Position numbers and translations under genes: made by a program | Shown: positions 23,293-32,000 of the stretch, in pieces | Position numbering within the stretch: position 1 is the stretch's first letter | Layout of the letters: the number at the start of each line of letters is the position of its first letter | Notes under the pieces: generated by a model | The model's database searches: none | What the model saw: the letters and a program-made list of their open reading frames with translations, nothing else | What the model was told of the DNA's origin: nothing | DNA from: Sinorhizobium meliloti | Lineage (GTDB): Bacteria > Pseudomonadota > Alphaproteobacteria > Rhizobiales > Rhizobiaceae | Assembly (NCBI RefSeq): GCF_017876815.1 | Contig: NZ_JAGIOS010000001.1 | Span: 1,860,001-1,892,000 of the forward strand | Reading direction: 5' to 3' | DNA length: 32,000 nt

Positions 23293-23749
23293 TCATTTTG
23301 ATTTTTCTCCCCTCTACCGCTCCACTGTCGGCTTCGACCGCCTGTTCACCATGCTCGATAGCCTTGGTCAGCCGGATCAGTCGCAGACCTATCCGCCCTA
23401 CAACATCGAACGCACCGGCGAAAACGCCTATCGCATCACCATGGCCGTTGCCGGTTTCGACGAAAGCGAGCTTTCGGTCGAAGCGCGCGAAAACACGCTG
23501 ACGATCAAGGGCGAAAAGAGCGAAGAGAAGGGTGAGGAAACCCAGTTTCTCCATCGCGGCATAGCCAAGCGCGCCTTCGAGCGCCGCTTCCAGCTTGCCG
23601 ACCACGTCGAGATCAAGTCCGCTTCGCTGAAGAACGGCCTGCTCCACGTCGATCTTCTGCGCAATATCCCGGAAACGGCCAAGCCGCGCCGGATCGAGAT
23701 CACCGCGGCGGCTTCGCAGCCGAAGCAGATCGAGGCGCAGACCGCCTGA
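23288..23749 (+). CDS. ibpA: small heat-shock protein, Hsp20/IbpA family
   Basis: MRHFDFSPLYRSTVGFDRLFTMLD...YPPYNIERTGENAYRITMAVAGF...LTIKGEK...FLHRGIAKRAFERRFQLADHVEI..ASLKNGLLHVDL is an alpha-crystallin domain. GGAGGA lies 7 nt before the ATG at 23288. Confidence 0.92.
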   Translation: MRHFDFSPLYRSTVGFDRLFTMLDSLGQPDQSQTYPPYNIERTGENAYRITMAVAGFDESELSVEARENTLTIKGEKSEEKGEETQFLHRGIAKRAFERRFQLADHVEIKSASLKNGLLHVDLLRNIPETAKPRRIEITAAASQPKQIEAQTA

Positions 23750-23770
23750 GTCCGGAAACAGGATCGAATA

Positions 23771-23800
23771 AAAGACGGCGCCCGAAAGGGCGCCGTTTTT
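23771..23800 (+). terminator. intrinsic terminator after ibpA (bidirectional; also faces the convergent SBP gene)
   Basis: aaaaga-cggcgccc-gaaa-gggcgccg-ttttt. Confidence 0.85.
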
Positions 23801-23856
23801 GCTGCAGGAAAACCCCTGACGTTTTCCGGGAATGCCTGTGACCGGCTAGCTAACCG

Positions 23857-25371
23857 TCAGTTCTTCACCGTGTCTTCCAGGAAGAATCGGCCGAGCGGGT
23901 TCTGGTAGAAGTTCTCGATGTTCTTGCGCGATACGTTCAGATAAGGGCTGTAGTATAGGTCGATCCAGTGGACGTCATCCTTCGCCGTCTTCTGAATATC
24001 GACGTACATGGCCTCACGCTTTGCCGGATCGAGTTCCAGACGTGCCGCTGCGACAAGCTCCTTCACCTTTTCGCTGTTGTAGCGGGTCATGTAGTTCATA
24101 TTGGTGTCATGGCCGAGCACGAAGGTGGTCTTCTGGTCCGGATCGAGGACGTCGTTTGTCCAGTACATGACCGAGATATCGTAGTCGCCGGCGACCAGCA
24201 TGTCCCAGCTCTGGCTCGCGTCGACCTTCTGCAGATTGACCGTGACGCCCGCCTTGGCAAACTGCTGCTGCAGCAGCACCGCGATCTGCTCGTCGACCTC
24301 GTTGCCCGCGTTTACGACATAGTTGAGCGTCAGGTCGGATGCCCCCGCCTCGGCCAGCATCGCCTTGGCCTTCTCCGGATCGTAAGGATACTGGTAGTTG
24401 GCGTCGTAGTGATAGAGCGAGCCCTTTGGGATGTAGGAATTTGCGACCGTGCCGATGCCGAACGTGACCGTGTCGACGATCGCCTTCTTGTCGATCGCCA
24501 TATCCAGGGCCTGGCGCACTTCCTTTTTGGCAAGCATGCCGTGCTCATGGTTGATGAGCAGATGGTCTTCGCGGGTCGAGGTGTCGATGTGGACCGTGAG
24601 GTTCGGGTCCTTCTTCAGCTCCTCGACGCGCGAGAACGGGACGAAGATCGCTGTGTCGAGCTGGCCGGCCTGCACGTTCAGCATGCGCGTGTTGTCGTCC
24701 GGAACGGAAATCCATTCGACGCCGTCTAGTTTCACACGATCCGCCTGCCAGAAGTTCGGATTCTTTTCGAGGATTACCCGATCGCCGCGCCGCCATTCCT
24801 TGACGGTGAACGCGCCGGACGATGCCGTCGGCAGTTCGGCGAAAGCGTCCTCGCCGGCCTCGACGGCTTTCTTGGAAAGCACCGAGACGTTCGGAAGGGC
24901 AAGCGTCGACAGGAAGGGTGCGGAGGGCGTCTTCAACTTGACGACCAGAGTCTTTGGATCGGCCGCCTCGGCGGTTTCGATGATCTTGTAGCTGTCGCTC
25001 CACAGAGAGCCTTCGTGGTCGCGTATGCGCAGCAAGCTGAAGGCGGCATCCTCGGCCGTTATCGGCGAGCCGTCCGAGAACTTCGCGTCGCGGATCTTGA
25101 ACGTGTAGGTCAGGCCGTCATCGGAAAGGGTCCAGCTTTCGGCGAGCCCAGGCTCCAGCTTGGTGCCGGTCTTGTCCACGCGGACAAGCACGTCGAAGAC
25201 GTTGGAGAACACCCAGTTGTCGACGTTCTGGGCCGACTTGATCGGATCGAAAGTCGTTGAATCTTCGCGGCGGCCGATGGAGAGGATACCGGCGGCCTCG
25301 GCGTAACCGGCACTGAGCATCAGGGCGGCTGCGAAAGCGGCCCGGCCGATTTTGTTCCACCTTTTGGTCAT
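23857..25371 (-). CDS. ABC transporter substrate-binding protein, family 5 (peptide/nickel, DppA/OppA-like)
   Basis: Signal peptide MTKRWNKIGRAAFAAALMLSAGYAEA. 504 aa with the SBP_bac_5 pattern (TFDPIKSAQNVDNW..., LAESW..SDDGLTYTFKIR...KFSDGSPITAED). Confidence 0.9.
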   Translation of the reverse strand: MTKRWNKIGRAAFAAALMLSAGYAEAAGILSIGRREDSTTFDPIKSAQNVDNWVFSNVFDVLVRVDKTGTKLEPGLAESWTLSDDGLTYTFKIRDAKFSDGSPITAEDAAFSLLRIRDHEGSLWSDSYKIIETAEAADPKTLVVKLKTPSAPFLSTLALPNVSVLSKKAVEAGEDAFAELPTASSGAFTVKEWRRGDRVILEKNPNFWQADRVKLDGVEWISVPDDNTRMLNVQAGQLDTAIFVPFSRVEELKKDPNLTVHIDTSTREDHLLINHEHGMLAKKEVRQALDMAIDKKAIVDTVTFGIGTVANSYIPKGSLYHYDANYQYPYDPEKAKAMLAEAGASDLTLNYVVNAGNEVDEQIAVLLQQQFAKAGVTVNLQKVDASQSWDMLVAGDYDISVMYWTNDVLDPDQKTTFVLGHDTNMNYMTRYNSEKVKELVAAARLELDPAKREAMYVDIQKTAKDDVHWIDLYYSPYLNVSRKNIENFYQNPLGRFFLEDTVKN

Positions 25372-25389
25372 TGTTCGTTCCCTTCGTTA

Positions 25390-27093
25390 TTATGGCAGGC
25401 GTTTGACGGACTGGATCGGTTCCACCGGCGGCGCATCGGTATGGCCGAGTAATGACCTGTCGGGATCGATGTCGGGGATCGCGGCGATCAATGCGGCGGT
25501 GTAGGGATGTTTCGGCCGGGAGAAGACGTCCTCGGAGCGGCCCTCCTCGATGATCTCTCCGCGATGCATCACCACGGTGCGTTCGCACAGGTTGCGCACG
25601 ATCGCGAGGTCATGGGCGATGAAGATCAGCGTGAGGTTAAGGTCGCGGGCGAGCTTGCGGAAGAGGTCGACGATCTGCGCCTGGATCGTGACATCGAGTG
25701 CTGCGACGCATTCGTCGGCGATAATCAGTCTCGGGTCGACGGCAAGGGCACGGGCGATGCCCGCCCTCTGGCACTGGCCGCCGCTCATGCTGCGCGGTTT
25801 GCGATGGGCGAATTCGCGCTCGAGGCCGACAAGGTCCAGCAGCTCGCCGATGCGTGCCGGAATGTCGGCTCCGCCGATCTTTTTCTGCACTTTCAGAACT
25901 TCAGCAAGAGTCTGGCCGATGGTCAGGCGCGGGTTCAATGCATTGAACGGATCCTGAAAGACCATGGCGGACTCGTGTCGCAGCCTGGTGAGACCCGCAC
26001 CCCTCTGCTGAGAAAGATCGATACCGTCGAAGCTGACGTGACCGGCGGAAATCGGCGTCAGGCCCAGCATGGCGCGGGCAAGCGTACTTTTGCCGCTGCC
26101 GGATTCGCCGACGATACCGACCGTTTCGCCGGGCATGATCCGCAGGCTGATCCCCGAAACGGCGCTGACGGCCCTGGCGTTCTTTCCCCTGAAAAGGCTG
26201 CCGCCCGACGGGAAGCGCACATGCAAGTCATCGATCTCCAGAAGCGACCTTGTCGCTCCATGTGAGGGCGCTGGGAGACTGGTGGCGGGGAGCACCGCCT
26301 CGGGCATGGATGGATGGCTGTGGATGAGCCGAACTGTATACGGGTCCTGCGGTGCGGACAGGATCGTCCGTTTAGGACCCTGTTCCAGCAGCTTTCCGCC
26401 GCGCATCACGGCAATGCGGTCGCAGGTCTGCGCCACGATGCCGAGATCATGGGTAATGAGGATGATCGACAGGCCGCGCCTGTCGCGGATGTCCATCAGG
26501 AGTTTCAGGATCTGCGCCTGGATCGTCACGTCGAGGGCGGTCGTCGGTTCGTCGGCTATGAGGATTTGCGGATTGCAGGACAGTGCCACGCCGATCATGG
26601 CCCGCTGACGCATGCCGCCGGAAAGCTCGTGCGGGTAGCTGTCGTACTGGCGGACAGGTTCAGGGAACCCGATCTGCCCCAGTATCTCGACCGCTGCCGC
26701 CCGCGCATCGCGGCCGCCGAGGCCCTGATGGTAGCGGATGCCCTCGGCGATCTGGTCGCCGATGCGCATGACCGGGTCGAGGTGGCTGGTCGGGTTCTGG
26801 AAGATCATGCCGATCTCGGCGCCGCGCACCTCCAGCATCTCGGCGTCGGTGACGGCCGTGAGGTCGCGCCCTCCGAGGAGAACCGCACCGCCTTCGATCT
26901 TCAGCAGGGATGATGGCAGGAGGCGAACCAGCGCGCGGCAGAACAGGCTCTTGCCCGATCCGCTTTCGCCGACGAGGCCGAGGATCTCGCCCTTGGCGAG
27001 GTCGAGCGAGATGCCATCCAGCAGCGTGCGCGTCTCTCCCTGGAGATGCGCCTTCACGGTCAGGTCGCGGACAGACAGGACGGAGGCGCTCAT
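25390..27093 (-). CDS. fused double ATP-binding protein of a peptide ABC transporter (DppD-DppF-like fusion)
   Basis: Two Walker A motifs (GESGSGKS twice), two signature motifs (LSGGMRQR, MSGGQCQR) and two Walker B motifs (ILIADEPT, LIIADECV). The ATG at 27093 overlaps the upstream stop (ATGA). The longer track ORF N-terminus is out-of-frame overlap with the permease. Confidence 0.9.
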   Translation of the reverse strand: MSASVLSVRDLTVKAHLQGETRTLLDGISLDLAKGEILGLVGESGSGKSLFCRALVRLLPSSLLKIEGGAVLLGGRDLTAVTDAEMLEVRGAEIGMIFQNPTSHLDPVMRIGDQIAEGIRYHQGLGGRDARAAAVEILGQIGFPEPVRQYDSYPHELSGGMRQRAMIGVALSCNPQILIADEPTTALDVTIQAQILKLLMDIRDRRGLSIILITHDLGIVAQTCDRIAVMRGGKLLEQGPKRTILSAPQDPYTVRLIHSHPSMPEAVLPATSLPAPSHGATRSLLEIDDLHVRFPSGGSLFRGKNARAVSAVSGISLRIMPGETVGIVGESGSGKSTLARAMLGLTPISAGHVSFDGIDLSQQRGAGLTRLRHESAMVFQDPFNALNPRLTIGQTLAEVLKVQKKIGGADIPARIGELLDLVGLEREFAHRKPRSMSGGQCQRAGIARALAVDPRLIIADECVAALDVTIQAQIVDLFRKLARDLNLTLIFIAHDLAIVRNLCERTVVMHRGEIIEEGRSEDVFSRPKHPYTAALIAAIPDIDPDRSLLGHTDAPPVEPIQSVKRLP

Positions 27094-27941
27094 TCGTGCA
27101 CTCCGAGCAATTCGCCGAGCGCATCGCCCAGCATGCTGAAGCCGAAGGCAAGGCTGACGATGGACAGGCCGGGAAACAGCGTGATCCACCAGGCGGTGGT
27201 GATGAAGCTCTGGCCCTCCGCGACCATGACGCCCCATTCGGCGACCGGCGGCTGGACGCCGAGACCGAGATAGCTGACGGCGGCCCCGCTCAGCAGCACC
27301 AGGACGGCATCCGACATGGCAAAGACGATCGAGCCGGCAATGGCATTGGGTAGCAAGTGCCGGAACATGATGCGGAAGCGGCCGAAACCGAGGCTGACGG
27401 CGGCGACGGCATAGTCGCTGTTCTTCAGAACGAGAATCTGTGCCCGGATCAACCGGGCATATGAAACCCATCCGACCAGCGCCATGGCGATATAGAAGCT
27501 GCCGAGGCCCGGACCGAGAATGGCGATGATCGACAGCATCAATACGAGGAATGGAAAGGCGAGGATGATGTCGACGAGGCGCATGAACAGCGCGTCTACA
27601 ATGCCGCCGAAGAAGCCGGCGATGGTGCCGACGATCGTTCCTATGACGAAGGGGAAGGCGACCCCGATCAAGGCGATCTGCAGGTCGATGCGTGTGCCCC
27701 AGATGACCCGTGAAAGGAGGTCGCGGCCGAAGTTGTCGGTGCCGAACGGATGCAGAAGCGACGGCGGCTGCAAGCGGGCTGCGCCGTTCTGCAGGATCGG
27801 GTCATAGGGGGCGACGACGGGTGCGCCGATCGCCAGCAGCAGGAAAAACAGCAGGATGCCCGCGCCAATGACGAGGGCCAGCCGCCGGCCGAAGAGCAAC
27901 CGCCAGCCGGCCGGCGACGAGGACACCGTACCGGCGCTCAT
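27090..27941 (-). CDS. ABC transporter permease (DppC/OppC-like)
   Basis: LLHPFGTDNFGRDLLSRVIWGTRIDL..., BPD_transp_1 topology. The ATG at 27941 overlaps the upstream stop (ATGA). Confidence 0.9.
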   Translation of the reverse strand: MSAGTVSSSPAGWRLLFGRRLALVIGAGILLFFLLLAIGAPVVAPYDPILQNGAARLQPPSLLHPFGTDNFGRDLLSRVIWGTRIDLQIALIGVAFPFVIGTIVGTIAGFFGGIVDALFMRLVDIILAFPFLVLMLSIIAILGPGLGSFYIAMALVGWVSYARLIRAQILVLKNSDYAVAAVSLGFGRFRIMFRHLLPNAIAGSIVFAMSDAVLVLLSGAAVSYLGLGVQPPVAEWGVMVAEGQSFITTAWWITLFPGLSIVSLAFGFSMLGDALGELLGVHE

Positions 27942-28876
27942 AGTTTCACCCTCGGATCGACGGCGACGGTGACGATGTCGGCGATGAAGTTGACGAGCAC
28001 AGTGGCGCAGGCAAACACCATGGCGACACCCTGCACGACCATGTAGTCGCGCGAGAAGATGGCGCGTACCAGCAACTGTCCCATGCCCGGCAGGGCAAAG
28101 ACGCTTTCGACCACGACCGTGCCGCCGATCAGCCAACCGATGTTGACCGCCAGAAGGTTGATGGTCGGCACCAGCGAATTCGGAACGACATGCCGCCAGA
28201 AGACGATGCGCTCAGGCATGCCGCGCGCGCGGGCGGCCGTCGCCACGTCTGATTTCAGGGACTCGATCATTGCCGCGCGCAGGCTGCGAACCAGCACCGT
28301 CGACAGGGAAAGAGCGACCGTCAGGCTCGGCAGGATCAGATGGGCGAGCTTGTCGCCGAAGGTCGCCCCGTAGCCGGACACCGGCAGCACGTCCAGTTTG
28401 ACGCTGAAAAGGATCATCAGCATCAGGCCGAGCCAGAACGGCGGAAACCCGATGCCGAATGTGGAAACAACCCGGACGATATGGTCCGGCGCCTTGCCGG
28501 AATTACGCGCTGCAAGCGCCGCCATGGGCACGGCGATGAGAACCGCCAGAACGACGCTCGACAGCACGAGCGCGATGGTCGGCTCGACACGTGTGGCGAT
28601 AAGCTTCAGGACATCGATCTTGTAGAGGATCGACTTGCCCATCTCGCCATCGGCAAGATTCTTCAGAAAGTAGAAATATTGCTGCCACATCGGCTCGTCG
28701 AGGCCGTACTGGGCGCGGATCTTGGCGATGGCCGACGGGGTGGCGCGGGCTCCGAGCAGGTTGCGCGCCGGATCGCCGGGGATGAGCCGCACCAGAATGA
28801 AGGTTATGATGCTGATCCCGAAGATGACCGGCAGGAACTGCAAAGGTCGAGTGAGAACGAACCTATAGCGATGCAT
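27938..28876 (-). CDS. ABC transporter permease (DppB/OppB-like)
   Basis: MHRYRFVLTRPLQFLPVIFGISIITFILVRLIPGDPA...YGLDEPMWQQYFYFL...; the EAA-loop region ARARGMPERIVFWRHVVPNSL. Confidence 0.9.
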   Translation of the reverse strand: MHRYRFVLTRPLQFLPVIFGISIITFILVRLIPGDPARNLLGARATPSAIAKIRAQYGLDEPMWQQYFYFLKNLADGEMGKSILYKIDVLKLIATRVEPTIALVLSSVVLAVLIAVPMAALAARNSGKAPDHIVRVVSTFGIGFPPFWLGLMLMILFSVKLDVLPVSGYGATFGDKLAHLILPSLTVALSLSTVLVRSLRAAMIESLKSDVATAARARGMPERIVFWRHVVPNSLVPTINLLAVNIGWLIGGTVVVESVFALPGMGQLLVRAIFSRDYMVVQGVAMVFACATVLVNFIADIVTVAVDPRVKL

Positions 28877-28927
28877 GGCGATGCCCGCGCCTCCGTCTTG
28901 TTCGGATGTCTCTCGCCATGTTTTGCA

Positions 28928-29818
28928 TCAGTTCGGCCTGTGCCGCGACAGGAAATCGATCAGCGCAGGATAATAGTCCGCGGGGTTCTCGTAGAACGGC
29001 ATGTGGCTTGCATTGGCAAAAACCCTGAGCTCGGCATCCGGGATGGCGAGCTTCATCTTCAGCGCGCAGGCCGGCGTGAGCTCGTCGTGTTCTCCCGTGG
29101 TGATCAGCGTCGGCACCTTAATGCCGGGGAGGTCGGGAATGCGGTTCCAGTCCTTGAGATTGCCGATATAGAGAAACTCGTTCGGGCCTTGCATCGTGCC
29201 GTAGGGACCCATATTCCAGTCGTCCAGGGACCGGCGTACCGGTGCGGGCCATTCCGGCAGGCGGCAGACATGGCGATAGTTCAGGATGGTAATGGCAGCC
29301 ATATATTCGGGATGATCGTATGTGCCCTGCGCCTCGTGCTTCTGCATCATGGCGACGGTCTCCGGGCCGAGCGCGGCGCGCAGCCGCTCAAGCTCGGTGA
29401 CGAGGTGCGGCATGTCGGCGACCGTATCCTCCAGGATCAGCGTCTGCAGGTTTTCCGGGTATGTCAGCGCGTAATCGATCGCCAGCCAGCCACCCCAGGA
29501 ATGGCCGAGCATGTGCACCTTGCCGAGTCCCAGCGCCTTGCGAACCGTTTCGGTTTCCTCGACATACCGGCCGATCGTCCAGAGCGAAGGATCGGTCGGG
29601 CGGTCGGAGGCGCCGGTGCCGAGCTGATCGAAGGCGACGACGCGATAGCCCTTGTCGATGAGGCACGAATGGGCTTCGCGCAGATAGTCACAGGGTAGTC
29701 CCGGCCCGCCATTCAGGCAGAACAAGGTCTCCGGACCCGAACCGAAGCTGTAGGCCACCACCTTGTAGCCATCGACTTCGATTTCGTGTCGCGCCTCCGG
29801 CTCGATATCACGCCACAT
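28928..29818 (-). CDS. proline iminopeptidase-family alpha/beta hydrolase (pip paralogue 1), first gene of the ABC operon
   Basis: LFCLNGGPGLPCDYL...VVAFDQLGTGASDRP...VHMLGHSWGGWLAIDYAL...TTGEHDELTP...ASHMPFYENP. I prefer the ATG at 29818; the track uses the TTG at 29833. Confidence 0.85.
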   Translation of the reverse strand: MWRDIEPEARHEIEVDGYKVVAYSFGSGPETLFCLNGGPGLPCDYLREAHSCLIDKGYRVVAFDQLGTGASDRPTDPSLWTIGRYVEETETVRKALGLGKVHMLGHSWGGWLAIDYALTYPENLQTLILEDTVADMPHLVTELERLRAALGPETVAMMQKHEAQGTYDHPEYMAAITILNYRHVCRLPEWPAPVRRSLDDWNMGPYGTMQGPNEFLYIGNLKDWNRIPDLPGIKVPTLITTGEHDELTPACALKMKLAIPDAELRVFANASHMPFYENPADYYPALIDFLSRHRPN

Positions 29819-29843
29819 TGACCGCCCCGGCAAAGAAACTGCT

Positions 29844-29860
29844 TGCTCAATAATTGAGCA
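29844..29860. promoter_or_regulatory. perfect 8-1-8 palindrome in the pip1/LuxR-solo divergent promoter region (candidate operator)
   Basis: TGCTCAAT-A-ATTGAGCA. It lies 26 nt from the pip1 ATG and 83 nt from the LuxR-solo ATG. Confidence 0.5.
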
Positions 29861-29942
29861 CGGCTAAATTTTATCCGAAACGCCAGTCGGCGCCCAGCTA
29901 TAAGAAGTGATAGGTTGGCCTGTGACCGGACCGGAGACAAGG

Positions 29943-30725
29943 ATGTTTGACGAACTCGGGACGATCAGGAACCAGTTCACCGCGCACGACACGCTGGATG
30001 GCCGTATCGATCAGGTGTTCGAGGCGATGAAGTCGATCGGCTTCGAGGCTCTGATCTACGACTATACGCCGGTGCCCCGCGATCTCGACGGCACGATCAT
30101 GGTCCCGTCGCTGCTGAAACTTCGCAACATCTCGGAAGACATGCACGACTACTGGTTCGATCGCGGCTATTTCCGCATCGATCCCGTGCAGCAGGTGGCG
30201 CTGCGCACGTCGACGCCGTTCTTTTGGAACTATGATCCCGATGCGGACACGCTGATCAGGCGCTTCATGAGCGATGATACGGCGCCTGTCGCCCGCTACC
30301 TGAGCGAACGCGACATGTCGACCGGCGTCACCGTTCCGGTCCACATGCCGCGCGGCGACTATGCGACCGTCACGGGCGTGCGTTTCGGCGGCAATCGCGC
30401 ATTCGAGGGGCATGCGCTGCGGTACATCGCCGATTTCAACCTGCTCGCCCATGTGTTTCACGAGGCGGCCTATTCGCTGTTCGACGCGCAGGCCTTCAAC
30501 GCCGGCACCGCGAGGCTGACGGAGCGGGAGCGCGAATGCCTTCGCTATTCCGCCGAGGGCCACTCGGCCAAGGAAATTTCCCGTATCATCCACCGCTCTG
30601 TGCCGACTGTCGTCATGCACCTCAACGCCGCGGCCAAGAAACTCGGTGCGAAGAACCGAACCCAGGCGGTTGTGCGCGCCACGCACTACCGCCTGCTCGA
30701 AGAGCGCCCATCCTATAACTTGTGA
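29943..30725 (+). CDS. nesR: LuxR-family solo regulator with autoinducer-binding domain of the plant-associated-bacteria (PAB) subtype
   Basis: C-terminal HTH: [53 protein letters not shown]-terminal ligand domain: ...[18 protein letters not shown]...PFFW. Counting back from the conserved D70-P71 gives M at position 57 and W at 61 (TraR numbering). No luxI in the window. The symbol comes from remembered S. meliloti synteny. Confidence 0.8.
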   Translation: MFDELGTIRNQFTAHDTLDGRIDQVFEAMKSIGFEALIYDYTPVPRDLDGTIMVPSLLKLRNISEDMHDYWFDRGYFRIDPVQQVALRTSTPFFWNYDPDADTLIRRFMSDDTAPVARYLSERDMSTGVTVPVHMPRGDYATVTGVRFGGNRAFEGHALRYIADFNLLAHVFHEAAYSLFDAQAFNAGTARLTERERECLRYSAEGHSAKEISRIIHRSVPTVVMHLNAAAKKLGAKNRTQAVVRATHYRLLEERPSYNL

Positions 30726-30778
30726 TAGCTGCCACGGCTCGAAACCCCGCGTTATGTTGCCTCCGTTGTCCGTCAGAC

Positions 30779-31702
30779 ATGGAGATGCACGTGGCCGCCG
30801 TCGCGTCGAAGGAAGCCTTCCTGCCCTTTCGCGAATACCAGACCTGGTATCGCATCACCGGTTCGCTCGGCAGCGGCAAGCTGCCGCTCGTCGTTGCCCA
30901 TGGCGGACCGGGCTGCACCCATGACTACGTGGATTCCTTCAAGGGGATCAGCGAGATCGACGGACGCGCCGTCATTCACTACGACCAGCTCGGCAACGGC
31001 AACTCCACGCGCCTTCCGGACAAGGGCCCGGATTTCTGGACGCCCGCCCTGTTCCTCGGGGAACTCGACGCGCTGCTGAAGCATCTGGGCATCCAGGATC
31101 GCTATGCCTTTCTCGGACAGTCCTGGGGCGGCATGCTGGGTGCGGAACATGCGGTTCTAAAGCCTGCGGGGCTGAAGGCGCTGGTCATCGCCAATTCGCC
31201 GGCCAACATGCATACCTGGGTGGCGGAAGCCAATCGCCTGCGCGAGGAACTGCCGCAGGCGGTTCAGGATACGCTGCTCAGGCATGAGCAGGCCGGCACG
31301 ATTACCGATCCGGAATACATCGCCGCCTCTCGCGTCTTCTACGACCGCCATGTCTGCCGCGTCACGCCGTGGCCGGCGGAAGTCGCGCGCACCTTTGCGA
31401 TCATGGACGAAGATAATACGGTCTATCGCAACATGAACGGCCCGACCGAGTTCCACGTAATAGGTACGATGAAGGACTGGACGATCGAGGACCGGCTGAT
31501 GCGGATCGAAGCGCCGACCCTCTTGATTTCCGGAAAATACGACGAAGCCACGCCGCTCGTCGTCAAGCCGTATGTGGATCGCGTGAAGGGCTGCGAATGG
31601 GTGCTGTTCGAGCATTCCAGCCACATGCCGCATGTGGAGGAGAAGGCCTTGTGCCTGGAAACGGTCTCTCGATTCCTGTCATCCCACGATACCGAGGCTT
31701 GA
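30779..31702 (+). CDS. proline iminopeptidase-family alpha/beta hydrolase (pip paralogue 2)
   Basis: [14 protein letters not shown]...[16 protein letters not shown]...[16 protein letters not shown]...[10 protein letters not shown]...SSHMPHVEE. The ATG at 30779 lies 53 nt after the LuxR stop. Confidence 0.85.
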   Translation: MEMHVAAVASKEAFLPFREYQTWYRITGSLGSGKLPLVVAHGGPGCTHDYVDSFKGISEIDGRAVIHYDQLGNGNSTRLPDKGPDFWTPALFLGELDALLKHLGIQDRYAFLGQSWGGMLGAEHAVLKPAGLKALVIANSPANMHTWVAEANRLREELPQAVQDTLLRHEQAGTITDPEYIAASRVFYDRHVCRVTPWPAEVARTFAIMDEDNTVYRNMNGPTEFHVIGTMKDWTIEDRLMRIEAPTLLISGKYDEATPLVVKPYVDRVKGCEWVLFEHSSHMPHVEEKALCLETVSRFLSSHDTEA

Positions 31703-31732
31703 TAAGGAGACGCGCCGTTTCGTTTGTGCTCT

Positions 31733-32000
31733 TCAGGTGAGGGTAGCCGGGATAGCGGTTCCTTCGAGCTCTGCCGCCTTGGCGGCATAACGCTGGGCAA
31801 TGACCGCACAGGCCATCAACTGAATCTGATGGAACAGCATGACCGGCAGAACGATCATGCCGATGTTCTGCCCGGCGAAGATCGCGCTTGCCATCGGAAT
31901 GCCGCTCGCCAGGCTCTTCTTCGATCCGCAGAAGGTGATGGCGATTTCGTCCGCGCGGTCGAACCCGAGCAGCCGGCTACCGAATGTGGTGGCCGTCAGA
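31733..32000 (-). CDS. C-terminal ~89 codons of a bile acid:sodium symporter (BASS/SBF-like) family membrane protein; the gene continues right of the window
   Basis: My own minus-strand translation: ...GFDRADEIAITFCGSKKSLASGIPMASAIFAGQNIGMIVLPVMLFHQIQLMACAVIAQRYAAKAAELEGTAIPATLT*. It is not in the ORF track because the start is outside the window. FCGSKKSL-SG-PMA is typical of SBF-like transporters. Confidence 0.65.
   Translation of the reverse strand, partial: LTATTFGSRLLGFDRADEIAITFCGSKKSLASGIPMASAIFAGQNIGMIVLPVMLFHQIQLMACAVIAQRYAAKAAELEGTAIPATLT

Noticed and set aside
28340-30686. ORFs 28340..29698 (+, 452 aa) and 29898..30686 (-, 262 aa)
   Set aside because: They are antisense to permease/pip1 and to the LuxR solo. 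No motifs.

Overview
High-GC alpha-proteobacterial (Rhizobiaceae) chromosomal DNA. From memory, the gene order matches the Sinorhizobium/Ensifer meliloti SMc04031-SMc04051 neighbourhood; I cannot verify that here. The window is mostly core genes. Left to right: glgP 5' part; an orphan TadG-N/vWA protein; a coupled ATP-grasp/alpha-E fusion plus transglutaminase pair; a LysR regulator divergent from an aldo/keto reductase; VOC, DUF1579 and MarR genes; an ECF sigma/anti-sigma pair followed by sorT-sorU-pseudoazurin (sulfite dehydrogenase); GFA; ilvD; tRNA-Val(GAC); cpdR; an N-formylglutamate amidohydrolase-family gene; an IMPase/HisN-like gene; an alpha/beta hydrolase; ibpA; a peptide ABC importer led by a proline iminopeptidase gene; a LuxR solo; a second pip gene; and the 3' end of a BASS-family transporter. 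The only clearly accessory DNA is an ISAs1-family IS with a 10-bp target duplication. It sits inside a near-perfect palindromic MITE-like repeat within a repeat-mosaic intergenic region at 14.35-16.2 kb. Signals the ORF track cannot show: an alpha-r8/MmgR-type sRNA; two further terminator-defined candidate sRNA loci; an identical ECF promoter motif in front of the sigma gene and sorT; an RpoH-type promoter plus ROSE-like SD hairpin at ibpA; a MarR operator with an apparently leaderless start; and a 17-bp palindrome between pip and the LuxR solo. I saw no CRISPR array, rRNA, prophage or defence island. The least-understood systems here are the ATP-grasp/alpha-E/transglutaminase module and the plant-associated-type LuxR solo bracketed by two pip genes and a peptide importer. 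Most long ORFs opposite real genes are high-GC antisense artefacts.
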